The notes beneath the pieces are model-generated. The model did not search any database, was not told the DNA's origin, and worked only from the letters and a program-made list of their open reading frames with translations. Source: Candidatus Krumholzibacteriia bacterium (GTDB taxonomy: Bacteria > Krumholzibacteriota > Krumholzibacteriia > WVZY01). From it: a stretch of DNA of 62,132 nt. The translations under genes and the position numbers were made by a program. The stretch spans positions 1 through 62,132 of the forward strand of contig JAZGDW010000139.1 of assembly GCA_036478295.1 (NCBI GenBank). The letters are read 5' to 3'. Shown here in pieces: positions 43,541 to 52,790 of the stretch (positions are counted from its first letter, which is position 1; the number at the start of each line of letters is the position of its first letter).

Positions 43541-44194
43541 TTACGCGACCCGCGTGATTACTTCGGTCTCGCGGCCGGGCGGCGGCACTTGCAGGTATCT
43601 GAAAACGTATCCCATGGCCAGCGACGTGACCGGGAGCGCCACGAACACACCCACCAGAAGAAAACATAGACCGACGATGATGAGCACCAGCAGCAGGAGA
43701 CTGAACGCAAAGAGCTCCATACGGACGCCCTCGGTCAGGTCGGAGCTCATCTTCAGGGCCTCGATCGGCCCGGCTTCCCGGTCCACGACGAAATACCCGA
43801 AGAAATGAAAGCGAACGGCGAGGTAAACGCCCGGGACGATGAAGAATACCAGCCCGAACAAGATCATGAGCAGATACAGCAGGGCCGCCGCCCCGTAGTT
43901 GAGTAACAGGTGAACCTGGTTGAACACATCGGCGAACTCGGGTCGCGCGCCGTCCACGAGTTTGAGAACGACAACGATGACACCGATCTCGAGCAGGAAG
44001 TTGACGGCGAGGGCGGCGAGGTCCACGAGAACCCCGGGTAGGCCACTCATGCCTTCCCGTTGCGAGACCGTTTCCAGGATACCGGTGGTCAAGGAGATGG
44101 CGACAAATACGCCAATCAGAAAGAACGGGTTCTTCTTGAACGTTTCCCATCCGAAGCGCAGCGACTCACCTATGGGAATGGCCTTGTCGGCCAT
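43541..44194 (-). CDS. Polytopic membrane protein (DUF975/GDPD-membrane-domain-like)
   Basis: 217 aa, five to six hydrophobic helices. N-terminal IGESLRFGWETFKKNPFFLIG. Confidence 0.55.
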   Translation of the reverse strand: MADKAIPIGESLRFGWETFKKNPFFLIGVFVAISLTTGILETVSQREGMSGLPGVLVDLAALAVNFLLEIGVIVVVLKLVDGARPEFADVFNQVHLLLNYGAAALLYLLMILFGLVFFIVPGVYLAVRFHFFGYFVVDREAGPIEALKMSSDLTEGVRMELFAFSLLLLVLIIVGLCFLLVGVFVALPVTSLAMGYVFRYLQVPPPGRETEVITRVA

Positions 44195-44253
44195 CTCCGC
44201 CTCCTTTTTCGCTCATCATCCAGAATTCCCCATCCCGTGTCAATCCGTTCCCG

Positions 44254-45132
44254 TCATTTGCGGCCGACCACCCATACTCCCGAAACAATCAAAACCGTGC
44301 CCGCGACCAGGTTAAAATCCAGGAGCTCTTTCAAAACAACCACACCGAGGGTCACTCCAACAACCGGAATCATATAGGTGACCAGGCTGGTGCGCGTCGG
44401 GCCGACTGTTTGCAGAAGGAAATAGAGAATGTAGGATGCCACCCCGGCACCGAGAACACCGAGCCAGATGAGCGCGATCCACACGACGGGGCGGGACGGC
44501 AGAGCGAGCGAGACGCTGGACAGCGGCAGCGCCAACCACAAGATGGCCGTGGCGATCGCCATCGAGTAAAACGCCACCACCACCGGGGGCACTTCCCGCA
44601 AGTGTCGACGCGCGAAGACCGAGCTGAACGCGTAGAGGATCGCCGCCCCGAGCATCGCACCCTGCCCCAGGAGGCCCGGCGTCATGGCTGCATCCGTCTC
44701 CACGCCGACGGTTCGCCGCGCCAGGACAACGACACCGGAGAACCCGACGAGCAGGCCCAGAATACGGGGGACGCTCATGCGGTCGTCACGGAGCAGAAAA
44801 TGCGCGAGCAGTATCGTGAAGAGGGGAACGGTACCATTGAGCACGGTGGCCAGCGCCGAGTCGATCGACTGCTCCGCCCACGAGATAAGGAGCCACGGGA
44901 GCGCCGTGTTGGTGAAACCCAGGATGACCAGCGCCCGCCAGGTGCGCCGGTCCCGGGGTAACCGCGGTTTCTGAACCGCCAGAATCACGACGAGCCAGGC
45001 CAGGCCAAATACGAGCCGCACGGCGACCAGAGCGTATGGACCGACGTCCTCGACGGCGATCTTGATCCAGAGGAACGACGCCCCCCACACCAGGGTGAGA
45101 AAAAGGAACGCGCCCGCGACCCGGGTGTTCAT
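44254..45132 (-). CDS. EamA/DMT superfamily transporter
   Basis: 292 aa, ten TM helices in two EamA-like halves. Confidence 0.8.
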   Translation of the reverse strand: MNTRVAGAFLFLTLVWGASFLWIKIAVEDVGPYALVAVRLVFGLAWLVVILAVQKPRLPRDRRTWRALVILGFTNTALPWLLISWAEQSIDSALATVLNGTVPLFTILLAHFLLRDDRMSVPRILGLLVGFSGVVVLARRTVGVETDAAMTPGLLGQGAMLGAAILYAFSSVFARRHLREVPPVVVAFYSMAIATAILWLALPLSSVSLALPSRPVVWIALIWLGVLGAGVASYILYFLLQTVGPTRTSLVTYMIPVVGVTLGVVVLKELLDFNLVAGTVLIVSGVWVVGRK

Positions 45133-45254
45133 GCCGCCCGCTCGAGCATCGCTGCGACTCTGTGCGGCAAAGCGTTACTTTCGCGCACGGCTACCCCCTC
45201 CGCGTGTGACTATAAGTCCATTCGCGGACCGGCTCAACTGAAATGGCCGCTGCT

Positions 45255-46739
45255 TTAGAGTTCGAGGTAATGCCCGGCGACCGGTGCAAGGGTGTTCACG
45301 TCGTGAGAAGCAATCACGACGGCACGTCCCGCTTCGAGCGCACCTTCCGTCATGCGGTAGAGAATACGGCGGCCCGCAGCATCGAGGCACGAGGCGGGCT
45401 CGTCCAGGATCAAGAGGCGGGGGTCCAGCGCGGCGGCGATCGCGAATGCCAGGCGCCGCATCTCGCCGAAGCTCAAGCTGAAGGGCAGGCGATTCAGAAA
45501 TTTCTTGGGCTCGAGGCCCGCCCTCGACAGTGCCTCCGCGACACGGTCCGGAATATCGCTCCTGGGGACACCGAGCGATCGCAGCCCGTAGGCGATTTCT
45601 TCGAACACCGTCTCAGCAAAGAAGAGTCGCTCGGGACTCTGAAAGAGGTGAAAGACATCCTGGCGGTTCCGTTCGCGCCGCGGTTTCGAGTCCCGCTCGA
45701 TGGTGCCCCCGGTCGGACGCAGAACGCCGCTCATGAGCGAGAGCAGGGTCGATTTTCCCGAGCCGTTGGGTCCGGTGATACCCACACACTCTCCGGCACG
45801 CACTTCCAGCGAGATGTCCTCGAGTACTTTGGCCGTGTCGTATGCGAACGAGACGTTACGTAGCGACAGCACCCGTTGTGCGTCCGCCCGCCGGGACGTC
45901 GCGCGTTCTTTTTCGCCCGTCGTCCCCACCGGCGGCCCGCCCACCCTAGCGCTCGGCGCCGTCCAGTTCGCCGGCAAGGTACTTTCCCACACCGCGTCAT
46001 CCACCCCGGTACCGGACAACGACCGCCGCTCCGCCTCCGCACGAAAGTCCGCCGTGCTTCCCTCGAACCGCACCTCACCCGCTTCCAGGTACACGACGCG
46101 CGACGACGGCTGGATGTCCTCGCCGCCGGGTGTCGCCCACAAGACGGCAACGCCGGATTGGTTCAATTCCTTTACAAACTCTACGCAGCGTTCTCGCCCC
46201 CGGCGGTCCAGGTAGGAGACAGGCTCATCCAGCAGCAGCACGTCAGGATCGGCCAGCCACACGGTGGCCATCGCGAGCCGCTGCTTCTCGCCGCCGGAGA
46301 GGCGGTGCGGATTGCGGTCGAGAAAGCCGTTGAGGGAAAACCGCTCGGTCGCCTCGCGGATCCTGGCCTGCACGGACTCGTCACCGACATCCACGGGAAC
46401 GCTCAAGAGGAGCTCGCTTCTAACCGAGCTGGCGACAAACTGGTTATCGGGCTCCTGCAGCAGGAGTCCAACTGAGGGGCGTGCGGCAGGTTGGAGCTGC
46501 GTGCGCGCTTCGCAATCGTCCGAGATGGTTCCACCGCATACGGGCAGCAGACCCGCGACCGTTTTTAGCAGAGTTGTCTTGCCCGAACCGTTCGGGCCCA
46601 CCAGCGCAATCCAGTCTCCTTTGGAGACGTGCAGGGAAACGTTCTTTAGAACGAGCGTGCCTGGGTCTTGTCCGGGGGGCAGCGAAACGCTGATGTCTTG
46701 CAGATCGATCATGCCCGTGACGGGTTTTGCATGGCGCAA
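45255..46739 (-). CDS. ABC transporter ATPase with two fused nucleotide-binding domains (ECF/CbiO-like)
   Basis: Domain 1: GPNGSGKTTLLK, LSGGEKQRLAMA, LLLDEP. Domain 2: GPNGSGKSTLL, degenerate signature LSFGEMRRLAFA, LILDEP. Confidence 0.85.
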   Translation of the reverse strand: MRHAKPVTGMIDLQDISVSLPPGQDPGTLVLKNVSLHVSKGDWIALVGPNGSGKTTLLKTVAGLLPVCGGTISDDCEARTQLQPAARPSVGLLLQEPDNQFVASSVRSELLLSVPVDVGDESVQARIREATERFSLNGFLDRNPHRLSGGEKQRLAMATVWLADPDVLLLDEPVSYLDRRGRERCVEFVKELNQSGVAVLWATPGGEDIQPSSRVVYLEAGEVRFEGSTADFRAEAERRSLSGTGVDDAVWESTLPANWTAPSARVGGPPVGTTGEKERATSRRADAQRVLSLRNVSFAYDTAKVLEDISLEVRAGECVGITGPNGSGKSTLLSLMSGVLRPTGGTIERDSKPRRERNRQDVFHLFQSPERLFFAETVFEEIAYGLRSLGVPRSDIPDRVAEALSRAGLEPKKFLNRLPFSLSFGEMRRLAFAIAAALDPRLLILDEPASCLDAAGRRILYRMTEGALEAGRAVVIASHDVNTLAPVAGHYLEL

Positions 46740-46753
46740 CGGGGTGGTTGGGT

Positions 46754-47506
46754 TTATTTCAAGCGGCCGAGCCGTTTGCGTGCTTCGGCGGCCCAGGCAC
46801 TCCGGCTGTCCAGCTCGAGATACCTCTGCCAGGCCGCGACGGCCTTCTTGCGCCGGCCGAGTTTTTCGAGAGACATCGCCAGACTGTACTGCGCTTTCTT
46901 GTGCGAGGCATCCCGCGCGACCACCGCTTCGAACGCGCCGGCGGCGTCATCGTACCGCTCCAGGTGAAAATAGCAATTGCCCAGCGCAAAATGGTAGCGG
47001 GCGCGCTGCGGGCGTTTCCTTACCACGTTCCGCAACTGTTCCAGCGCTCGCTCGTACGATTTCATCTTCTGATAGGTGACGCCGAGGTTGTAGTTCGCAT
47101 CCACAAATCCCGGATCGATGTCGAGCGATTCCTGGAATTTCTGCACGGCGTCCACGAAAGCGCCCTGCTCCGCGAGTATCAATCCCCTGTTGTACGGCCG
47201 GCGTGCTTGCTCCCGGGTGTTCAGGCGGTCCATGTCCGAGGGACTAACCGGCACCCGCAGTACCGTGCCCGGCTCCATTTCGTCCTCGTCCACGTCGTTG
47301 AACTTGCGTATCACGTCGGCGCGCTTGCGGTTGCCGTAATAGTCTTCCGCGATGTCCTCCAGCGTCTCGCCTTCTTCGACCTTGTGTAGGTAGATTTTGC
47401 TATCCGGGGAGGCCGAACGGCCGCCGAACTTTCCGGCGCACCCGGTCAGCGCAAACGCCACAAGAGAAAAGGCCCAGATTATTATCGCCGCTTGGTTTCG
47501 TGTCAT
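46754..47506 (-). CDS. LysM + TPR lipoprotein
   Basis: The start ATG overlaps the larC stop (ATGA). Lipobox FALTGC. LysM YLHKVEEGETLEDIAEDYYG. TPR repeats. Confidence 0.8.
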   Translation of the reverse strand: MTRNQAAIIIWAFSLVAFALTGCAGKFGGRSASPDSKIYLHKVEEGETLEDIAEDYYGNRKRADVIRKFNDVDEDEMEPGTVLRVPVSPSDMDRLNTREQARRPYNRGLILAEQGAFVDAVQKFQESLDIDPGFVDANYNLGVTYQKMKSYERALEQLRNVVRKRPQRARYHFALGNCYFHLERYDDAAGAFEAVVARDASHKKAQYSLAMSLEKLGRRKKAVAAWQRYLELDSRSAWAAEARKRLGRLK

Positions 47507-48684
47507 TGTTCTCCCCGCCGGTCGTGTCTCCAGCAATCGCGGGCCTCATCGTAAACCGTCATGAGATTCACCCCCGCCCGTTCCGCGGCCTGCCTGCAAG
47601 ATTCGTACTCGGGGCTCACGGTTTCTTCACCACCGGGGCGATTCGCCACTTTGACTGCGATGGGGCCGAACTTTGTTTCGACGGTCTCCTTGCGGCGCGC
47701 GAGCTCCAGACGCTCTTCCCGGTGAATGCGGACGCCGAGGGTCGTGGTGGCCGAGAGAACAATATCGCACAGGCGGGTGAGATCCTCTTCCTCTGTGATC
47801 AGCGTGACTTCGACGCCCGGGCGATTTTTCTTCATCATAATCGGGTTGTAGTAGACCTCGAGGGCTCCGTTGGCGAAGAGCTGCTCCATGACGAAACCGT
47901 ACGCCTCGGGGTTCATGTCATCGATGGTGGTAGTGACAATGCATACCCGCTGCGGCCGCTCGTCGACGGTACCCAGAATAGCCCGCAGGACGTTTGGCAG
48001 GCCCTCTCGCTCGCGGCTCCCCGCGCCATAGCCCGTCCGCTCCGGCGTGACGATGGTCGATGGAGACAAGACAGCGCACGTCGAGGCAATGATGGCGGCG
48101 CCGGTGGGTGTCACCAATTCCTCGCCGCGTCCTGAAAACATGGCCGGGTAGCCCGAAAGCAGTTCCACCGTCGCCGGCGCAGGCAGCGGGATATCGCCGT
48201 GCTCGCTCGCCGTGGACCCCGACCCGAGCGTTAGCGGACGGGTAAGACATGCGGGGCCGCCGAGCAGATCGAGCGCCACGTGCGCCCCCACGATATCGAA
48301 AATGGCATCGAGCGCGCCCACTTCGTGAAAGTGCACCTGCTCGATGTCGAAGCCGTGTACCTTGGCCTCTGCCTGCGCGAGCCGGGTGAAGGTATCGATG
48401 GCACCGCGCTTGACCGCATCCTTCAGGTTGGCCTCTTCGATGATGGCCCTTATCGTGGAAAGCGACCGGTGCTCGTTCTCGCGGGGGCACGACACGTTGA
48501 TCCGGACGGCCTGGATCACCCCGCGTGTCACGGTCTCCCGTGTGACGTCCACCCGCGAGAGCGCGGGGATCGACAGCACGGTGTCGCGGAGTGCATCGAA
48601 CGGTACGCCGAGATCGACCAGCGCACCCAGGAACATGTCGCCGCTGATACCGGAGAAGGGGTCGAGCAGCAGGGCTTTCTTCAT
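47503..48684 (-). CDS. larC: LarC, nickel-pincer cofactor biosynthesis nickel insertion protein (DUF111)
   Basis: MKKALLLDPFSGISGDMFLGALVDLGV N-terminal signature. ATGA overlap with the larB stop. Confidence 0.85.
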   Translation of the reverse strand: MKKALLLDPFSGISGDMFLGALVDLGVPFDALRDTVLSIPALSRVDVTRETVTRGVIQAVRINVSCPRENEHRSLSTIRAIIEEANLKDAVKRGAIDTFTRLAQAEAKVHGFDIEQVHFHEVGALDAIFDIVGAHVALDLLGGPACLTRPLTLGSGSTASEHGDIPLPAPATVELLSGYPAMFSGRGEELVTPTGAAIIASTCAVLSPSTIVTPERTGYGAGSREREGLPNVLRAILGTVDERPQRVCIVTTTIDDMNPEAYGFVMEQLFANGALEVYYNPIMMKKNRPGVEVTLITEEEDLTRLCDIVLSATTTLGVRIHREERLELARRKETVETKFGPIAVKVANRPGGEETVSPEYESCRQAAERAGVNLMTVYDEARDCWRHDRRGEQ

Positions 48685-49343
48685 GAAGGATTCCGATCCT
48701 TGCCGGCCAGCTTGTGTGCGCGCGCGCACATCAGCGCGGCCACACAACCGGCTCCAAAGCCGTTATCGATGTTCACTACGCTCACCCCGGTGGCGCAGCT
48801 GTTGAGCATGCCGAGCAGGGCGGTGAGCCCTTCGAAACTGGCTCCGTACCCGACACTGGTCGGCAGCGCCACCACCGGCACGGCCGAAAGGCTGGCGACG
48901 ACACTGGCCAGCGCCCCCTCCATGCCCGCGGCAACGATGACGACGTCCGCTTCCTCGATCATCGAGCGGTATGCGAGCAACCGGTGCACACCGGCCACAC
49001 CCACGTCGTAGATGCGATCGACCCCGCAACCGAATAGCGAGGCCGTGATCGCAGCCTCCTCCGCCACCGGAATGTCCGAAGTGCCCGCGCTGACCACCAG
49101 CACGTAGCCGAATCTCTCCTTCGGTTCGGCTTCGAGCCAGAAGATACGGGCGGTGTCGGAATATTCTCCACGGGGAAAACGCCGCTTCAGTGTCTGGCCG
49201 AGCGCTTCATCGATGCGCGTGACCATGCAGTCGCTGCCCTTTTCCACAATTTTTTCGGCGATGTCCAGGACCTGCGAGTCCGATTTGCCGCTGCCGTAAA
49301 TAACTTCTGGAAAGCCGGTACGGAGCGCACGGTGGTGGTCCAC
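48681..49343 (-). CDS. larB: LarB, pyridinium-3,5-biscarboxylic acid mononucleotide synthase (PurE-like); the true start is probably upstream, near 49460-49466
   Basis: DHHRALRTGFPEVIYGSGK plus a PurE-like fold. The track start (GTG 49343) lies inside the conserved N-terminal region. 44 further in-frame codons are open upstream. Confidence 0.8.
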   Translation of the reverse strand: MDHHRALRTGFPEVIYGSGKSDSQVLDIAEKIVEKGSDCMVTRIDEALGQTLKRRFPRGEYSDTARIFWLEAEPKERFGYVLVVSAGTSDIPVAEEAAITASLFGCGVDRIYDVGVAGVHRLLAYRSMIEEADVVIVAAGMEGALASVVASLSAVPVVALPTSVGYGASFEGLTALLGMLNSCATGVSVVNIDNGFGAGCVAALMCARAHKLAGKDRNPS

Positions 49344-49497
49344 CTTCGCAAAACCTAGGTCTTCGAAAGGAAGCTGACGGAGCCGGTCGAGTACTTCAGA
49401 TTCGTTCGTCCTGCCGTTCTTGAAGTCATCGAGGAGTTTCTTCAGAGTTTTCTCGTCCAGAATGATCCTGCCTGGTTAGTCGGTGTCCCGGAGCCGG

Positions 49498-50679
49498 TTA
49501 GCAGGCGCTGGGGAGCGTCGCTTCTTCGGGGGTTTGCGTGGCCGCAGGGGTGTCACTCTCGTCCAGCTCTCGCAGGTACGTGTCGAGCAGCGCTTCCAGG
49601 GCCTCGATGCGTTCGCACGTCATCAACTGTCCGCGCAGCCCACGCGCGTTCGGCAGCCGCTTCAAATACGCGGCCATTATCTTGCGGAGGACGATGAGAC
49701 CGGTCGGTTCGCCGAGCCGTTGGACGCTGAGCTTCACGTGCGCGAGCAGCCCCTGCACGCGTTCCCGGTGGGTCGGCGGCCGGTAGTCGCGCTGCTCGAT
49801 CGCCGCCTTGATCTCCCCGAAAATCCACGGGTTACCGATGGCGCCGCGGCCGACCATGACGGCGTCGCAGCCGGTCTGCGCCTTCAATTCGAAATATGAT
49901 TCCGGCCCGGTGACGTCGCCGTTGCCGACGACGGGAATGGAAACCGCTTCCTTCATGGTCTTGATCAACAGCCAGTTGGCCTTGCCCTTGAAGGCCTGTT
50001 TCCTGGTTCGCGCATGGATCGCGACCATCGACACACCGGCGTCCTCGATCGCGCGGCCGATGTCCCTCAAGCTTTCCGCCGACGGCTTGTCCCAGCCGGA
50101 GCGGATCTTGGCAGACACGGGCACGCGGCTTCGCTCGACGACCCGCCTGCAGACACGGTTCAGGTGTTTGACGTCGCGCAGCATTGCCGACCCGCCGTTC
50201 TTGCTCACAATCTTGCGGACCGGGCAGCCGAAATTCATGTCGAGGTAGTGCGGCTCGAGCTCGGAGAGAATCGCGGCGGCTTCGCCCATCGTTTCCGGGT
50301 CGCTGCCGAAAATCTGCAGTGACAGCGGCCCGTTCGACATGTCGAGATCGCGTACGGCGCGCACGTGGTGGCTGTTCCGCACCAGTCCCTCGGAGCTGAT
50401 CATTTCCGTTACGGCCATGTCGGCGCCGTGATCGAGGCAGACCTTGCGGAACACCGAGTCGGTGATGCCGCAAAGGGGCGCCAGCATCACGTCTACTCCC
50501 GCGAGTGGATGGCCGTTCTCCGGTCGCCCATCCCGCGGCGCCGCGGGCGTTCCTCCGATGAGGTCGCGGCTGCCCGGAAATGGGGCTGCCGGCGGTAGCG
50601 ACGTGGCGTCTCGTTCGCTGTTTGGGCCTGTAATCTGGGTCGAATCCATGCTAGATGATAATCTGTTCGAGGCACGCAA
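49498..50679 (-). CDS. dus: tRNA-dihydrouridine synthase
   Basis: LAPLCGITDSVFR, MNFGCPV and a TIM-barrel pattern, plus a C-terminal helical domain. Low-complexity N-terminal extension; the start is uncertain. Confidence 0.85.
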   Translation of the reverse strand: MRASNRLSSSMDSTQITGPNSERDATSLPPAAPFPGSRDLIGGTPAAPRDGRPENGHPLAGVDVMLAPLCGITDSVFRKVCLDHGADMAVTEMISSEGLVRNSHHVRAVRDLDMSNGPLSLQIFGSDPETMGEAAAILSELEPHYLDMNFGCPVRKIVSKNGGSAMLRDVKHLNRVCRRVVERSRVPVSAKIRSGWDKPSAESLRDIGRAIEDAGVSMVAIHARTRKQAFKGKANWLLIKTMKEAVSIPVVGNGDVTGPESYFELKAQTGCDAVMVGRGAIGNPWIFGEIKAAIEQRDYRPPTHRERVQGLLAHVKLSVQRLGEPTGLIVLRKIMAAYLKRLPNARGLRGQLMTCERIEALEALLDTYLRELDESDTPAATQTPEEATLPSAC

Positions 50680-50728
50680 GCAAGGGTGAAGGCTTGCGCT
50701 GCAAGAGCGAATTATCTATCGTAAGCCC

Positions 50729-51682
50729 ATGACAGAGAAAGCGGTTCACACGATCGAGGTGCCCACCGGGGACGATTTTCCGGTGTACGGCGACCTCTAC
50801 ATGCCTGCCTCAGGCAGTCCGCTGGGCATCGTAGTTCTTACCCACGGGTTCAAGGGTTACCGGACCTGGGGGTTTTTTCCGTATCTTGCCCGTTCGCTCC
50901 GGGATGCCGGCATGGCTGCCTTCGCCATGGATTTCTCCCACAACGGCAGATCCGCCGGAGGTGGGCCGGCCGAGCGGGAGGCGCAAGAACCCAGCGCCGG
51001 AACGGCGGAGGGACACACGGCGGGCTCCAGCGACCCGACGGCGGCGTCGCCGTATCCCCACCCAGGCCTTTTTTCACGCAATACCATCCGCCGCGAAATC
51101 GACGACCTCGCAGCGGTCATCCGGTACATAGAGGACGGGGGTCTCGGAGACTACTTCGCTTCGCCCCCGCCGATCGGCCTCCATGGGCACAGCCGGGGCG
51201 GCGTCGTGGCGATTCTCAACACGCTCGAGCACCCGGAGGTAAACGCCGTCTGCACCTGGGCGACACCGGACGATCCCGATACCTTCACCACCGCACAAAA
51301 GGAAAAATGGCGACGCAAGGGCGTGTATGACTTTGTCCTCGCGGAGGACGGCATTCCGTTGAGTGTGAGTGTGGCGTACCTCGACGACCTCGAAGGAAAT
51401 CACGCGGCCTATCACGTCGCCGAAAGAGCCAGGGCGCTTCGTGTCCCCCTGCTCGTCGTGCACGGTGAAGCTGACATGGTGGTTCCGGTGGCAGGCGCGC
51501 GCCGGCTCCATGCCGCCCCGGAGTCTCTCGACGACAAGCGCTTGCTCATCCTGCGAACCGGTCACTCCTTTGGCCTGGCGTATCCCTACTCGCCGGCCTC
51601 CACGACATCGCAGGCACTCACGGACGCGGTTGCCGAAACGGTGGACTGGTTCAAGACACATTTCGCGAGCGGAGGACGATAA
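50729..51682 (+). CDS. Alpha/beta hydrolase (dienelactone hydrolase/BAAT-like) with a low-complexity insert
   Basis: HGFKGYRTWGFF, nucleophile GHSRGG, late HGEADMVVP. Confidence 0.7.
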   Translation: MTEKAVHTIEVPTGDDFPVYGDLYMPASGSPLGIVVLTHGFKGYRTWGFFPYLARSLRDAGMAAFAMDFSHNGRSAGGGPAEREAQEPSAGTAEGHTAGSSDPTAASPYPHPGLFSRNTIRREIDDLAAVIRYIEDGGLGDYFASPPPIGLHGHSRGGVVAILNTLEHPEVNAVCTWATPDDPDTFTTAQKEKWRRKGVYDFVLAEDGIPLSVSVAYLDDLEGNHAAYHVAERARALRVPLLVVHGEADMVVPVAGARRLHAAPESLDDKRLLILRTGHSFGLAYPYSPASTTSQALTDAVAETVDWFKTHFASGGR

Positions 51683-52101
51683 TGATCAAGGCCACACGCC
51701 TTGCGGCACTTCTTATCGCAATAGGGATCGCCCTGACGGCCGCCTTCTTCTTTTTGCAGAGCCCCGGCTCAGGAGGTGGGCCGGGCGGACTGCTCGGTGA
51801 TTTTATGGAATGCCTGCCGTCCGATTTGACGGATGCCCAACTCGATGAGATCGAGAGTATTCTGCTCCGCTATGAAGCGACCGTCCTGGAGGGCCGCGTC
51901 CGCCCGCAGGATGGGGCCGAGCTCACGCGCGAATTTCAGCGTCACGTCGACGCCGGCGGTATCGACCGCACCGATCTCAACCAATTGATGGCCAAGGTCA
52001 GTTTCTACATGTACCGCGAGAACCCCGAGTTGAGTCCCCCCGACGGATCGGGGATGCATCCGCTGCTCGAGGAAGAAGCGTCGGACTCCACGCGCCGCTA
52101 G
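51682..52101 (+). CDS. Membrane-anchored hypothetical protein
   Basis: The start overlaps the upstream stop (TAATG). One N-terminal TM helix; 139 aa. Confidence 0.55.
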   Translation: MIKATRLAALLIAIGIALTAAFFFLQSPGSGGGPGGLLGDFMECLPSDLTDAQLDEIESILLRYEATVLEGRVRPQDGAELTREFQRHVDAGGIDRTDLNQLMAKVSFYMYRENPELSPPDGSGMHPLLEEEASDSTRR

Positions 52102-52790
52102 AGTCCGCCGACGCCCTCGCCTTCGTGGAGGGATTCGTTGAGCACGAAACGCTGCACCAACTCGCGCTCGACGTCGCGAAAGTTCTTGAACTCGACGTGG
52201 TCCACGTCGTTGGCCTTGCAGAAATCGAGAAGATCTCCCTTGGCGAAGACCAGCTCCGAGTAGGTACAGGGGCAGCGGTCCGAGAGGCCGTCACCCACGT
52301 AGACGGTGTAGTAGCCCGCCTTCTTGTACCGCTCGAGATGGTGTGTCTTGCAGTTGCCGCAGTCCCGGCAGTCCCGCAGATCGTAGTAGGGAAAGGACAC
52401 GGCGAGCTTCTCGCCGTTGAAGTGAAGTGCGTTCGCGTAGTACTCCAGTTCGCCAAGGCCGGAGCGGATCAGCATCTTTTCAACATAATGATCCAGGCCG
52501 TCGCTGACAATGACGACCTCGATGTGGCGCCGGCGCGCAAAATCTACAAAATCTTTGAAATACGGATCGAGTTTCCGGCGATTGATAAAGCGGTCCAGCT
52601 CTTCGGGCGAAACCTCCGCCAGTGACGCCTCGTGTTCCAGACATTCCCTGGAGGAGATTTCGCCCCTTTTCCACCGCTCGACGACCGGCCCCGTGAGGGC
52701 CTCGTCGGCGAAAGTACTGAAGAGAAGGTGACCGACGTCTTCCCGGGCGACGGTGCCGTCGAAATCACACAGTACGGCGATCCGCCTCAC
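52098..52790 (-). CDS. HAD-IB family phosphatase (MtnX-like) with C-terminal Cys cluster
   Basis: DFDGTV (DxDxT) motif. CRDCGNCKTHH cluster. GDGLSD motif IV. Confidence 0.75.
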   Translation of the reverse strand: MRRIAVLCDFDGTVAREDVGHLLFSTFADEALTGPVVERWKRGEISSRECLEHEASLAEVSPEELDRFINRRKLDPYFKDFVDFARRRHIEVVIVSDGLDHYVEKMLIRSGLGELEYYANALHFNGEKLAVSFPYYDLRDCRDCGNCKTHHLERYKKAGYYTVYVGDGLSDRCPCTYSELVFAKGDLLDFCKANDVDHVEFKNFRDVERELVQRFVLNESLHEGEGVGGL

